Shown here: positions 15,001-20,475 of the stretch, piece after piece
How the letters are laid out: every line of letters starts with the position of its first letter
How positions within the stretch are numbered: position 1 is the first letter of the stretch
Assembly: GCA_038207335.1 (NCBI GenBank)
Contig: JBBQZX010000016.1
Location: 54,848 to 118,847, forward strand
Length of the DNA: 64,000 nucleotides
Origin: Chthoniobacterales bacterium
Lineage (GTDB): Bacteria > Verrucomicrobiota > Verrucomicrobiia > Chthoniobacterales > Chthoniobacteraceae
Direction: 5' to 3'
The notes under the pieces: generated by a model
The model's input: only the letters and a program-made list of their open reading frames with translations
The model's database searches: none
Told to the model about the DNA's origin: nothing
Position numbers and translations under genes: made by a program

Positions 15001-16600
15001 CGCGGCGACGCCAGTCGCATCGACGAGCACGGTGCCGGTTCCGTTCGTCACGTTGACGAACGTGCTGCCGCCGTCCGCGAGCGCGAGAGTGACGCCGCTC
15101 AGCGCGACTCTTACCGTTTTGCTCCCGCCGCTGGTCGTGAATTGCTCGATCGTGAACGCGCCGCCAATCGTCGCATTTTGCACCCCGAGCGTCGCGGTGC
15201 CGGTCAGCCGGGCAAATGGCGTCGCGACCGTCGTGTCGAGCGCGAGGCCAAACGTGCCACCGAAACTCACGCCCGGAAGCGCCGCGTCGAGCACGGCGCC
15301 GGTGACATTTGCAGCGACGCCAGCGGCGCTCAGCGTGAGGGTAGCCGACGGCGCGCGCGCGGTAATGAACGTGCTCGCGCCGTCGCCAAAGCTCAGCGAC
15401 AGCCCGGTAACCGCGATCGAGACGGTGTCTGCGACTTTGGTGAAAGTGAAATCTCCCGCGAGCCGCTGACCCGCCACGACGATGCTCGCATCGTGAGCTG
15501 CAACACGCAGGAACGGACCGGCGGGCACGTCGAGCGTCAGCGTCGAGCCGCCGACTTCAATGCTGTCGCTCACCGGAGTGGCGAGAGTGCTGATTTCCGC
15601 GCTCGCGGTTGCAGCAAGCGAGACACCGGGCAGCGTCGCCGCGACCGTGCCGCTGATACGGCCCGCAAAACCGGCGGTTTCAAAAAGGAAGAAGCCTTCA
15701 CCACCAGTGAGGCTGACGAGGTCGGTGCCGCCGCTAGTCACGAATTTCAAGGTCACCCCGCTGGCTGCGAGCCGCACGACCGACAAGCCGTCCGAGGTGC
15801 GCGAGGTTTTCTCAAAAGCAAAGCTGCCGCTAATCAACTGCGTCGAGCCAGCCGCCGTGATCGTGACATCGCCGGTCGCGGCGAACCGCACATACGGCCC
15901 CGCAGGCACAACCAGCGTCCCGCCGGTCGCAAACGTCTCGGTGATCGCAGCCGCGGTGTTATTTAAGAGCAGGTCGAAAACCGCAGGCGTCACGCCAGGG
16001 CCCGCCGATGGAACGCTCACCGCACCAGACGCGATGCTCACTCCCCCGCTCAACCGACCCGCAATCCCCGCGCTCCGCACGATGAGCGCGCCACTGCCGC
16101 CCGCCATCGTGACGACCGCGGGCGACCCGAGCGTCGCGCCGATTCCAGTCGCGGAGATTTTAACAACCTGCTCGCCGCCGCCAGTCGTCGTGCGCTCGAG
16201 CCGGAAGTTGCCCGTGAGCGTTTGGCCGAGCACCGTGAGCGTCGCGGGATTGCCGATCACCGTGAGATTCGCCCCCGCGATGGCGACGGTGAAGTTGCCC
16301 GCGAACGACGCGCCGGGCACATCGGGTTTCAGGGTGCCCGTCGCGCTGCCGGTCACGCCGGTGTCGGTGATCGCGAGGCTGCCCGCGCCGCCGATGACTT
16401 CCGCGAGAGCCGGAGCGCCGAGCGTGAGGTGGACGTTGCTCGCAGAGACCGCAAGCGCCGGAGCAGTGCCCTGCGTGAAATTGAAATCGCCGCCGACATC
16501 GAAGCCCGCAACGCCGAACACGAGCCCGGCACCCGAAACGCTCGAAGCGCCCGTCGCGAGATTCAGCGCGACCGTCGCCGGGCCGACCGTCACCGCCCGC
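1..16600 (-). repeat. Intragenic degenerate ~365-bp (~120 aa) tandem repeats grouped into super-repeats
   Basis: The PAGP(F/Y) motif recurs near 336, 722, 1094, 2225, 2590, 2957, 3323, 3689, 4835, 5900, 6285, 6644, 7022, 7400, 8533, 8925, 9287, 9652, 10021, 10378, 10732, 11120, 12259, 12626, 12995, 13357, 13732, 14855, 15510 and 15892, with variant copies near 5200 and 5510. Confidence 0.88.
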
Positions 16601-19600
16601 TGCACGGTCGATGCGGACGTGTTCTTCTGGATCACAACCGCCCCCGCGACCGTGGCATTCGGCACTCCCACGAGCGCGGCGCTGCCCGAGGCGCTGAACG
16701 CGTAACTTTGATCCGCCAAAATCACGAGCCCGAACTGCGCGTCGCTCACGCGAATGCCGACGTCGTCCGCTGTCCCCGGCCCGCGTTTGTCGCCGACAAA
16801 CGCCGCGACATTCGACGCGCCGACGAGAACCTCCGCGCCGTTCACCGCGACCACGAAATTGCCAGTGAGGTCCGCAACCGGTGTGGCCAGTGTCAGCGTA
16901 CCGCCGAGCGCAAAGCTTGTGTCCTGCGCGAAGTTCACCGGCACCGTCGCCGCACCGACCGTGAGCGTCTGGTTCACCGCGCCTGAGTTATTCGAGAGGA
17001 GCGAAAGCGTTCCAGTAAAGTTGAGCCCGGTCACGCCGACGATGCTCGCCGTGCCGGACAAGTCGAGCGAGTAGGTACCGTCGGTGAAGAGCACGAGCCC
17101 GAGCTTCCCGGAATCGAGTTTCACGCCTTTGCCCGCGGTCCCGGCGAGCAACGACACGCCGGTCAGCGCGAGATACGCGTAGCCATTCTCGCCACCCGCC
17201 GCCGGAGCGATCCCGAAGGAACCCGTCCCAACTGTCGTGGTGAGCGCAGCGGTCAGAGGCGCACCGCCGGCTAGGCCGTCCACGGTATAAAAGATGAGGC
17301 TGATGACCGTATCGAGGTCCGGTCGGGTCGTCGCGCTGAGTGTCGAGAGCAGTGGGCTCACGCGAGCGTAAATCTCCTGGCCCAAATCCACCGGGCTGAT
17401 GAAACCATATTGAAGCAATTTCAACCCGCCGACGACCGTGCTGAGTTGCAGGTTGGTTGAAATCGAACTCGCGACCGGACGCACGCCGGTGAGTGCCTCG
17501 ATGGTGCGCTGCTGCGCGTAGAGGTTATTAGTAAGGCCGGTGTGATCGACCGAGACACCCGCATCGATATGGCTGATCGCCGTCAGGACAATCTTGCCGC
17601 TCGCCAGACGTGCGGAGTCGCCGATGAACTGCCCAATCGACGACTCTGTCGGCACCGTCCCGTCCCCTTCCGGTCCGCTCGGGTTGCTGCCGGCTTCGGC
17701 GAACCAATGGGTCGTCGATCCCGGCAGGTTCCCGACATATTGACTAAATGGAAGAATCTCATTTTTTCGCCCGAGGTTCGCTTGGAAACCCGTCTCGGCG
17801 ATGACGCGGTTCTCCGTTTCGATCTCGTCACCGTAAATGACGGTGGTCGTTCCAAGCACGCGATCCACGAAAGCGTTCCGGTCGGTGCCGCCATTCAAGT
17901 CTTTAACGAGCGTGTTCTCAAATCCCCCGTTCGCAATCGTGAGCAACTCGAATGTGCCATCATTGTCGAGATCGACAAAGGCATAAGTCGCGAGCAAATC
18001 CTTGAAACTCTCGACATAGCGGCCTATGAACCACGCTTGAGCATTCGCACCTTGCGCATCGAGTTGCGCTTTCGTCGTCGTCGAGCCGTCTGGATTCGTG
18101 ATGGACTTGAGTCCGCTCGCAACGAGCTTATACGCCTCATTGATGGCGCGACCCAAAACGCGGGTGGATGCTTTATCGCTGAAATCATTTTGCAGCAATG
18201 AAAGCGTCCCGGCTGTACCCTGATTCGGCGCTGCGGATTCGACAAAGTTGAAAACCTTCGGTAGCGTCTTGCCCGTCCCATAGGCTGCGCCATAAGCCGC
18301 ACTCTCGATATAAGCACGGGCGATCAGGCCGCCGGTGCTGTGGGTCACGAAATCGACGGCGGGCAGGACCGCCCCGGTCAGCGCGGACCAAGCCGAAGAT
18401 GCTTTGTCCAGCCAATAACCAAGGTAATCGACGCCTGTCTCATAAACGGAGTCAGTGATGCCAGTCACGGTGACGTTGCTCAGATTTCCGTCAATCACGC
18501 CATCCTGCGGGGCGACCGGCAGACGCCAATCCCAGTTAGCAACGAACAAATCAACGCCGGGAGTATAGCCCGCATTGATTAAAGACTGCTCCAAATTTGA
18601 ATAGGTGTTCGTTAGCGGCTCAAGCACCAATTTTTCCGGCGCGAGGCCGCGATTCAGCAGCCACTCCTCCACCCCGGCGGGCGTGTCGTCCGCGAAAAAA
18701 CTGCCCGCAAAACCGGGGATGAAAATGACCGGACGATTAATTGTCGTGGCCGAATGCGCGACGACCGTGAGGGTCAATTTGTGCGTCGCAGGATCATACG
18801 TGGGGCGGAAGTAGAGGCCGTTTCCGATCACCAGTCCGGCGTTATTGTCGAAGCTGCCAGACGCCGTTTCGAACGTCACGATGTCGAATTTCTGGCCGAC
18901 TTGCGGTGAGAATCCGTTGATCAAAGTGACCTGCAAAGTGCCGCCAAATTCAACCGCCCCCGTGACGTTGATTTGGTCGTATCCATTGTCGATCGGCGTG
19001 CCGGGTCCGGGAGTCAATCCGCCGATTTGGATCACCGCCGTGCCCGAGCGAGCGAACGTGAAATTGCCGGTGACGTTTTGGATGCCGGGGGAATTTCCGG
19101 GGCTCACGGTACCGCGATTGACGACGTCGCCGACGATCGTTCCGCTGCCCGAAAGCGTCTCGGAGGCGGCAATCGAAAGCGTGCCTTGCGCGACGATTGG
19201 CGAATCGGTCGTGAGATGAATGTCCGCGCCCGTCGAGGCCGTCGAAGCCGCGTTTGCCGCCGCTTCCTGGACAGTTTGCGGCCGATCATTGGACACGAAG
19301 GAGCCTTCGGTCGAATTGTCTTCCTGTGAGGCAATCGACTGCGAAGGCTGATCTACACTTGATTCCGAGCCATCTACCGGCGGTGCGTTGGCCGCCTTCA
19401 AAGTAGTCGTCAATTGCTCGACGAGCGAATTTGCCGGATTGATCTCGAGAACTCCCGGCGTGACAGAATCGTCGGTCGGAGCGGCGACGGTCGTGACATT
19501 GGGCTGCTGCGTTGCAGGCTGGAGCGACGAAATCTGCTCGCCTGTCGCCGCCGTTTCAGTCGCCGGAGCCGACTCGGTTGCTGGTGAAATTTCAGGTGTC

Positions 19601-19971
19601 GCAGAATCTGAAGCAGATGCTGCAGGTGTCTCGGAATTTGTGCTCGGAACCGGCGTCGTAGAGCTTTCCGGTGGCGCCGCCTGCGCTGCCGCAGGCTCGG
19701 CGTTTTGCGCGGGGGTCGCGGCAGCGTCGCCCGTCATCCCCTCAAAAATATCGCCGATTTGATCGGCCGCGTTGTATGCGACAACGTAGTTTTTTTGGGC
19801 CAGACTCGCAGCCTCTTGCTGCCCCACGGCGACCTCCTCAGAGGCTTGGGAATGGTCCGTTTTCACCGCGCCCGCCGACGCTGAGGCCAAGAGATCAGCC
19901 GACAGCAAAACCCGAGGCTCGAGCGCTTGCAGCTCGAACGGATTCGCAGGGTTGATGTGTTTTAGACGCAC
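1..19971 (-). CDS. Giant LEPRxLL-leader repetitive surface/extracellular protein (>=6657 aa, 3' end beyond window start)
   Basis: Manual translation from GTG at 19971 gives MRLKHINPANPFELQALEPRVLLSADLLA. The same frame still reads as repeat protein at position 1 (...VNNTLAAVSQTFTNPAATLNL). The ORF track lists no terminated minus-strand ORF in this frame, consistent with no internal stop. Recurrent LPAGP(F/Y)LR...GQ.LSG.F.FE...LGDGT..FV repeats. Confidence 0.93.
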   Translation of the reverse strand, partial: MRLKHINPANPFELQALEPRVLLSADLLASASAGAVKTDHSQASEEVAVGQQEAASLAQKNYVVAYNAADQIGDIFEGMTGDAAATPAQNAEPAAAQAAPPESSTTPVPSTNSETPAASASDSATPEISPATESAPATETAATGEQISSLQPATQQPNVTTVAAPTDDSVTPGVLEINPANSLVEQLTTTLKAANAPPVDGSESSVDQPSQSIASQEDNSTEGSFVSNDRPQTVQEAAANAASTASTGADIHLTTDSPIVAQGTLSIAASETLSGSGTIVGDVVNRGTVSPGNSPGIQNVTGNFTFARSGTAVIQIGGLTPGPGTPIDNGYDQINVTGAVEFGGTLQVTLINGFSPQVGQKFDIVTFETASGSFDNNAGLVIGNGLYFRPTYDPATHKLTLTVVAHSATTINRPVIFIPGFAGSFFADDTPAGVEEWLLNRGLAPEKLVLEPLTNTYSNLEQSLINAGYTPGVDLFVANWDWRLPVAPQDGVIDGNLSNVTVTGITDSVYETGVDYLGYWLDKASSAWSALTGAVLPAVDFVTHSTGGLIARAYIESAAYGAAYGTGKTLPKVFNFVESAAPNQGTAGTLSLLQNDFSDKASTRVLGRAINEAYKLVASGLKSITNPDGSTTTKAQLDAQGANAQAWFIGRYVESFKDLLATYAFVDLDNDGTFELLTIANGGFENTLVKDLNGGTDRNAFVDRVLGTTTVIYGDEIETENRVIAETGFQANLGRKNEILPFSQYVGNLPGSTTHWFAEAGSNPSGPEGDGTVPTESSIGQFIGDSARLASGKIVLTAISHIDAGVSVDHTGLTNNLYAQQRTIEALTGVRPVASSISTNLQLSTVVGGLKLLQYGFISPVDLGQEIYARVSPLLSTLSATTRPDLDTVISLIFYTVDGLAGGAPLTAALTTTVGTGSFGIAPAAGGENGYAYLALTGVSLLAGTAGKGVKLDSGKLGLVLFTDGTYSLDLSGTASIVGVTGLNFTGTLSLLSNNSGAVNQTLTVGAATVPVNFAQDTSFALGGTLTLATPVADLTGNFVVAVNGAEVLVGASNVAAFVGDKRGPGTADDVGIRVSDAQFGLVILADQSYAFSASGSAALVGVPNATVAGAVVIQKNTSASTVQRAVTVGPATVALNLATGASSVSGAGLVFGVAGFDVGGDFNFTQGTAPALAVSASNVHLTLGAPALAEVIGGAGSLAITDTGVTGSATGTLKPDVPGASFAGNFTVAIAGANLTVIGNPATLTVLGQTLTGNFRLERTTTGGGEQVVKISATGIGATLGSPAVVTMAGGSGALIVRSAGIAGRLSGGVSIASGAVSVPSAGPGVTPAVFDLLLNNTAAAITETFATGGTLVVPAGPYVRFAATGDVTITAAGSTQLISGSFAFEKTSRTSDGLSVVRLAASGVTLKFVTSGGTDLVSLTGGEGFFLFETAGFAGRISGTVAATLPGVSLAATASAEISTLATPVSDSIEVGGSTLTLDVPAGPFLRVAAHDASIVVAGQRLAGDFTFTKVADTVSIAVTGLSLSFGDGASTFITARAPSATLTLSAAGVAANVTGAVLDAALPGVSFGGTFGLALDTTVATPFARLTGTATLGVQNATIGGAFTIEQFTTSGGSKTVRVALSGVTLALADGGSTFVNVTNGTGTVLVDATGVAADFAVTAAVNIPGGTFNSTANAHLQINTRAAAVDESIAAPHDLVLPGGPFARVELTAVTLTIAGSTLTGNFAFDQTTRPGGAKITRLAIADLSITAAGNSIVNGEGAFVLLPPSGAATGGLAGFANGALSTSIGSANGGFRINKSGLSVEETITVGGRTLTIRFDDGETNLFSFYAENLTLNIGDFIAIQGNIAFSGTGAKQTFAGDGLELFLGRGPPRLPNGDLNPLAQGILLRDATVGLVKIGATYALMATGTIEVVGVSGVTLSGTALVRVNTTGAAVDEVLTIGTGGREVLVKFSGAVETAVAGFTQFEAKSLALSIGGQTLKGDFTFAKGTLGTGDAVKVTASNVSLAFGDGTKNFVSLSEGSGALLLTNAGVAGRLSVRAQMEVPGVAFDGAVALQINTTAVAVNEVAPALTLPSGPYFRVAIGELAPATLTIAGQALGGTFFVEQVKDSAGATVTRIAAIAVTLKLGAAGSPFVNVTNGRGSIIVRAAGVAASLAADVAITLPDASLTGTFGLSINTTSAAVNEAFVLGGESIALNLPAGPYVRVAATGVALTVAGQSITGDFAFERVAKAAGGSLTRLVVANAGLSLGGGIVTVSGASGALVLEDTSTGFAGSFAGSVAVNIPGVSIGGALEVQINDSSVAVSESFVVGGSVVTLSLPAGPYLRVTGSGISATLPGATLTGDFSIVRTTAASPRLLVSVSNASVSLGDGLIRLDGASANFLVAAGGIAGEFSGSVSVAIPNVSFTGAFKVELNTIGLAITDTLTLSGSLPGVPASIPFNIPAGQFVRFRPAVPTVTVDILGQSFSGDFGIETDLAVGGVRIALNGASFKIGVPGTTFLDVTGATGAFRIGGAGVAGSLSASAAITIPGIDPITANVRVEVNTSALAVNESIAVGAGSISLDLPAGPFVRVAVIGLNAQLGSVALNGDFYFDQSVQPDGTKTTRFAVANGAITVSGNGIVNAEGAFLVQTGGIAGILSGDLAVAAGGATVSGRAGFRINTFTTAINESLTLNGRDIAIVFGPLEAGAPGAPFFGFFAENLVLNIGNFVTIEGSVNFVQSGGRSTFAGAGLLVFLGQGPARLPSGELNPTASGVLVSNARVGLIRVGGGYALSATGLVQFLGINGVTIAGRATVIVNTTGTIIGETLAIPGDNNDPGITLAFPTVDTVTNFSVLNGELAFAGQSLKGNFAFSKVTGGAAGDIRIAATNVSLGLGDGATDFLSVTNGSGALLLSPAGVAGRFSGDVTANIPNVTLTGHFAVAINSTSATVKANFAVGSEQVSVDVPAGPYRRVELTQTDATHPATLTIAGQTISGNYAFEQALSTTGGEKFVRVAATDVSIDLTAGSTPIATVRNGVGFYVITAAGLAGRVSGTVTITPPGGVFSGDFALAVNSTAVAVSETFAVGEKVVSLAVPAGPYVRVEALNARLTFQGVSIAGDFAFEQATSGAVKVVSVAVTNGSVQLGGDLVSVTNIHGALLINSTALAGNITASVALKVPGVSFSGDVSLLINTGATPVSASFAVGSRTVTFIVDGGPFVQFTGTNLALAVGGQTLRGDFTFEQQTIGAAKIVRVAAANVVLSLGGPPAILTATGSGDFLITPAGFAGELTVSVMTAIPDVTFGGNFKLRVNATTAAVNQTFKIGAATNTLTLPSGPFLRVEGSAVSLGVLGQSLTGNFVIEQTAATDGSKVVRVALSAITLGLGGTAPTNFVNVTNGSGFAVLSTVGLSARFGGTVVVNVPDVVFSGAFTVEINNTLAAVNESIEVGGGIQTLVLPAGPFLRVTGDDLQLKVAGQTLRGTFSFEQLTRSPTDKIVRVGARNVSLALGDGSSTFLSVTKGEGTFVLTSAGIAGRVAGAALITIPNVELSAAFSVAVNNTNAAVNETFDIAGTPSTLALPVGPFVRVEGTNVTAKILGQSLSGNFSFEATGTVPNRVVSVAVSNVGLALGDGTTDFVTVTSGGGAFVFKQSGLAGEVSGTVAVSIPSVTFSAGLRLQLNTTGALVNQTFLVAGVSMTLSLPAGNYVQVATLVGQPATLTVLGQTLSAEFTIQKTTATVLGVVHTQVSVAITNLTLQIKDGATTFVNVTNGTGALLVTPAGVAASFTVSATLGAPGVFSVTGGAVSIQINTAAQPVDETYKVGVAEVTLQVPAGPFIRVAIIGANVTIGNEAAVLTGDFFFDQTTRADGSKVMRVAVNNVTVTVAGQSLKNGSGAFVILPTGFAGFLAGDVAVATGSLEVGGSIGLRVNKTGVAVDETIVLNGRTFAIQFPDGTSTFSVFVAGLTIRVGDFVEIQGDSISFTQTAGVDTLIASGVSVFMGSGPVMLDGTTRNPAAQGVLLSNARVGVQRFGAAGTYTYAVYAEGTLEIIGFSGFTFTGSATVRFNNAGADKTVTFPKADGLSDTITITGGTVLAPTASFTGDLALTVAGQALSGTFGFSQSIVSGVKVTKIDVSNASLSLGDGTTEFVSITNGTGGFIVKPTGLAGRFSATVAVNPALGFSFSAGLSVEVNTTTAAVADTVPVAGAITLPAGPYLRLAGDNVTLTVSGQTLVANFALERFTKTDGTVLLRVGATNVQLHLKADAAGPDVASLTEGEGFFVVSSAGLAGRIAGALTITIPGGASAFSGTFTLAINNTPVAVNESFVMAGKTITLALPSGPFVRVEGTGVTLRVAGQSLGGDFAFEKITTTGAGAKSVVRVVIANAHLSLGDGTNELVSLTNGDGAFIVETVGIAGTVGGTVRLNVPGVSFGGTFQLALNTTGALVQETFNIGARAVVLNVPGGTGPYLRIAGTGVSLTVAGQTIGGDFAIEQLTKSNGERVTRLAILNGSIDIGGGLVSVGNLAGAFIFTPAGVAGQIVASAQLNVAGGLAFSGKVSVKVNNTLAAVNENFTVGTETIALTLPAGPFVRVEVAQIDALTPATLTVLGQTLSGNFALERLTNPAGEVRVRIAVTEAKLSLGDGTTEFVSVTNGHGFFVLSPAGTAGTLSGTVGLNVPGVTFTGAFSVSLNNTAAAGDESIVVAGQTVRVQLPAGPYLRVAASNVSLSVAGQVISGNFSLEQVTRGPPGSASRIVRVAATNVSVVLGDGTTAFVSVTGGEGNFIILPTATPGVSAIAGRLSGTAAINLPGASLSATLVAEINQTGLPVSEQFTVGGATTTLTLDGGNYVRISGTGVALTIAGQTLRGDFTFTKNNATQQVDVTVANVHLGLGDGTSEFVSANVASGSLTLKPAGVVANITGIAVTTNIPGVEFSGMFTIAVDTTNPANRYLRLTGDALTLKFSGVALIANFAFEQTTNGLGERIVRVAVSGVQFDLGTFVHIANGQGSLLINRTGIAADFSVSASFPGLAAAGLALNFQTARLQLNTSATAVNETFAVGGQTLTLDLPVGPFLRVTVLGATLNVGGASGFNLTGDFLFDQTGTAPNNTTRIGLANIAVTIDGQGIKNGAGAFILKPAGIAGILTGEASVAAGPVSVGGSFGVRINTTIAAVDETITIGAKTINVRFSDTEVKVGTQNFTQFFGGDLSLNIGNFVTIEGNVSFSTIGGRTVFAGEGLNIFLGQGPSKLSNGEVNPLATGLLVSNATIGLIKFPNGTYALAATGTVAVVGFDGITVSGNVLVRFNNAGQIVNETLTIPNTAHDILVKFDTTALVTTFEATQLKLSVVGQTLTGDFAFNKQVVAGAQVISVAAKNVSLSLGDGATSLVNVTGAEGALLLTSTGAAGSLSNAQVTLNVPGVQFTGTFSIAVNGTTSAVDKTFTIGADTIALKLPAGPFLSVKADNVTLAVAGQTLSGSFALEQIAQTGGTKITRVAASGVTLKLGDGTTDFVSVTNGRGSFLVITAGVAGRLDADVALNIPGVSFTGAFGIAVNNTTAAVMQTFMVGGTTTTLDLPAGPYVRVDAIGAKLTVAGQTLGGDFAFEKVTRVGFGSTVRLGANNVTLKLGDGTTDLVSLTNGTGSLLVTTTGIAGSFSANILTSIPGVTLSGALSLQINNTNAAVNETLMVGGASVSIVLPAGPFVRIAGTGVGVNVLGQSITGDFAIERATNTRGETKLRVAIANARLALGDGTNELVVVCGASAYFVVTAAGIAGSFTGSVAVNLPGVSFAGNFTAELNNTTAGIDESFVVGAATVALKLPAGPFLRVSGTGVALTVAGQTLAGNFVLQQSMTLAGAKVVRIAISGVSLKLGDGTTDFVSLTNGTGAFLITPAGVAGSLSVSTAFNIPGVQLTGDVSIQVNNTTAAVKESFTVAGATISLDLPAGPYVRVAVYNTNLIVGGVLLHGDFAFDQSTRANGTKVTRIALANVEVSFGGQGIKNADGAFVITPTGVAGIISGDIAIAAGGASLGGRAGFRVNKSGGAVDETIDINGRTIAVKFTAGEGDLFAFFAEDLTLNIGNFVTIEGSVSFANVGGKLTFAGTNLAVFLGQGPGRLANGEINPSATGLLLTEARVGLIKYPNGTVAFFATGNVQVLGLSGIVLSSQATVLVNTTGLEIHETLTIPNTADSIALDFSDQQKNLTSFQALNTDLQIVGQKLHGNFTFDKVTGGAAAGSLRISATNVSIGLGDGTTDFLSVTNGSGSLLLTPAGVAGSFAATVTTNIPGFTLSAGTLSLAVNTTTAPVKTDFFVGATKITLDVPAGPFLRVSGDYVTIAIAGQSLAGNFAFEQTGSALTGNKVVRLALTNVTVAIKTGTQTVISLTNGEGIFAVKATGFAGRVSGTVTIDPSLGLGFRGNFSLAINSGTAAVTETFAVGNRTVALDLPAGPYLRIEGTGVELDVQGITLSGDFAFERVTKAGTTESRVRIGLANIRLALGDAASPVLEVSGGSGFFLVTPTVGMVPGGFAGTFTATIKLNVPSVTLGGTFSVVLNNTGSAIDETFLVGVAPVSLKVDAGPYLKVSGTGVSVGLLGQTLSGNFAFEQKTVAGAKRIRVTADNVALNLGAGAVSVTGGAATFLITPAGLAGDISGVLAVNVPGVVFSSTIKVRVNNTLAAVSQTFTNPAATLNL
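17480..18740 (-). other. LCAT/PGAP1-like alpha/beta-hydrolase (lipase/acyltransferase) domain inside the giant ORF
   Basis: Motifs in the expected order: RPVIFIPGFAGS, ANWDWR, VDFVTHSTGGLIARAYI (Ser codon 18337-18339), APNQG, EGDGTVP (~17655), VDHTGL (His 17542-17544). Confidence 0.82.
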
Positions 19972-19996
19972 GCTTTTTTGAAGTCTCGGGAACCGG

Positions 19997-20025
19997 ATAA
20001 AAGCGTCGCATCAAGGCTCTGTCAA
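19997..20025 (-). promoter_or_regulatory. Putative sigma70 promoter of the giant gene
   Basis: Minus strand reads TTGACA-N17-TTTTAT, ending 25 nt upstream of the GTG, next to an AT-rich intergenic region. Confidence 0.6.
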
Positions 20026-20475
20026 CCGACTCTCTGAAAATTTTTTGGGAGGTTTGCGGGTTGGACAAAGCATTGAATTTCGAGTCAAGAATGCAGCTAG
20101 ATTGGCTCGAGGTCGGCTGTAGAATTCCGGGAATTGATGTTCATCAAGCGAGAATCTCATTTGCGTATCCAATAATCGATATACTTAGTGCCTTCTTGAT
20201 GCTCATTTTTAACAAACCACGCAATGTTCGATCGCGACCCCTTCGTGATCGAACGCAGTCCAACACGAATAAAGGCACCCGAGGGATTTGCTTGCATATC
20301 GCCTTACCGATAAATCTTTTTCACGATACTGCGCCGCTCTTTTTGTGATTGCATTTAAAGGAAGCTCGGCTCGGTTGAAAAGTGAGGTGGCAATGCGCCC
20401 ATCTCGCAGAGATGGTGCGCTCGTGCTAAACGAAATAGTTTGCCTTTTATATTTCACATTGTAACTCAGTCGCCC

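Noticed and set aside
1..16600. Periodic repeats as a CRISPR array or DGR template/variable repeats
   Set aside because: The repeats are coding, degenerate and ~365 bp. No cas or reverse transcriptase gene was seen.
5..19955. Dozens of long plus-strand ORFs (up to 704 aa)
   Set aside because: Antisense shadows of the giant minus-strand gene. They have no recognisable motifs and mirror its repeats.
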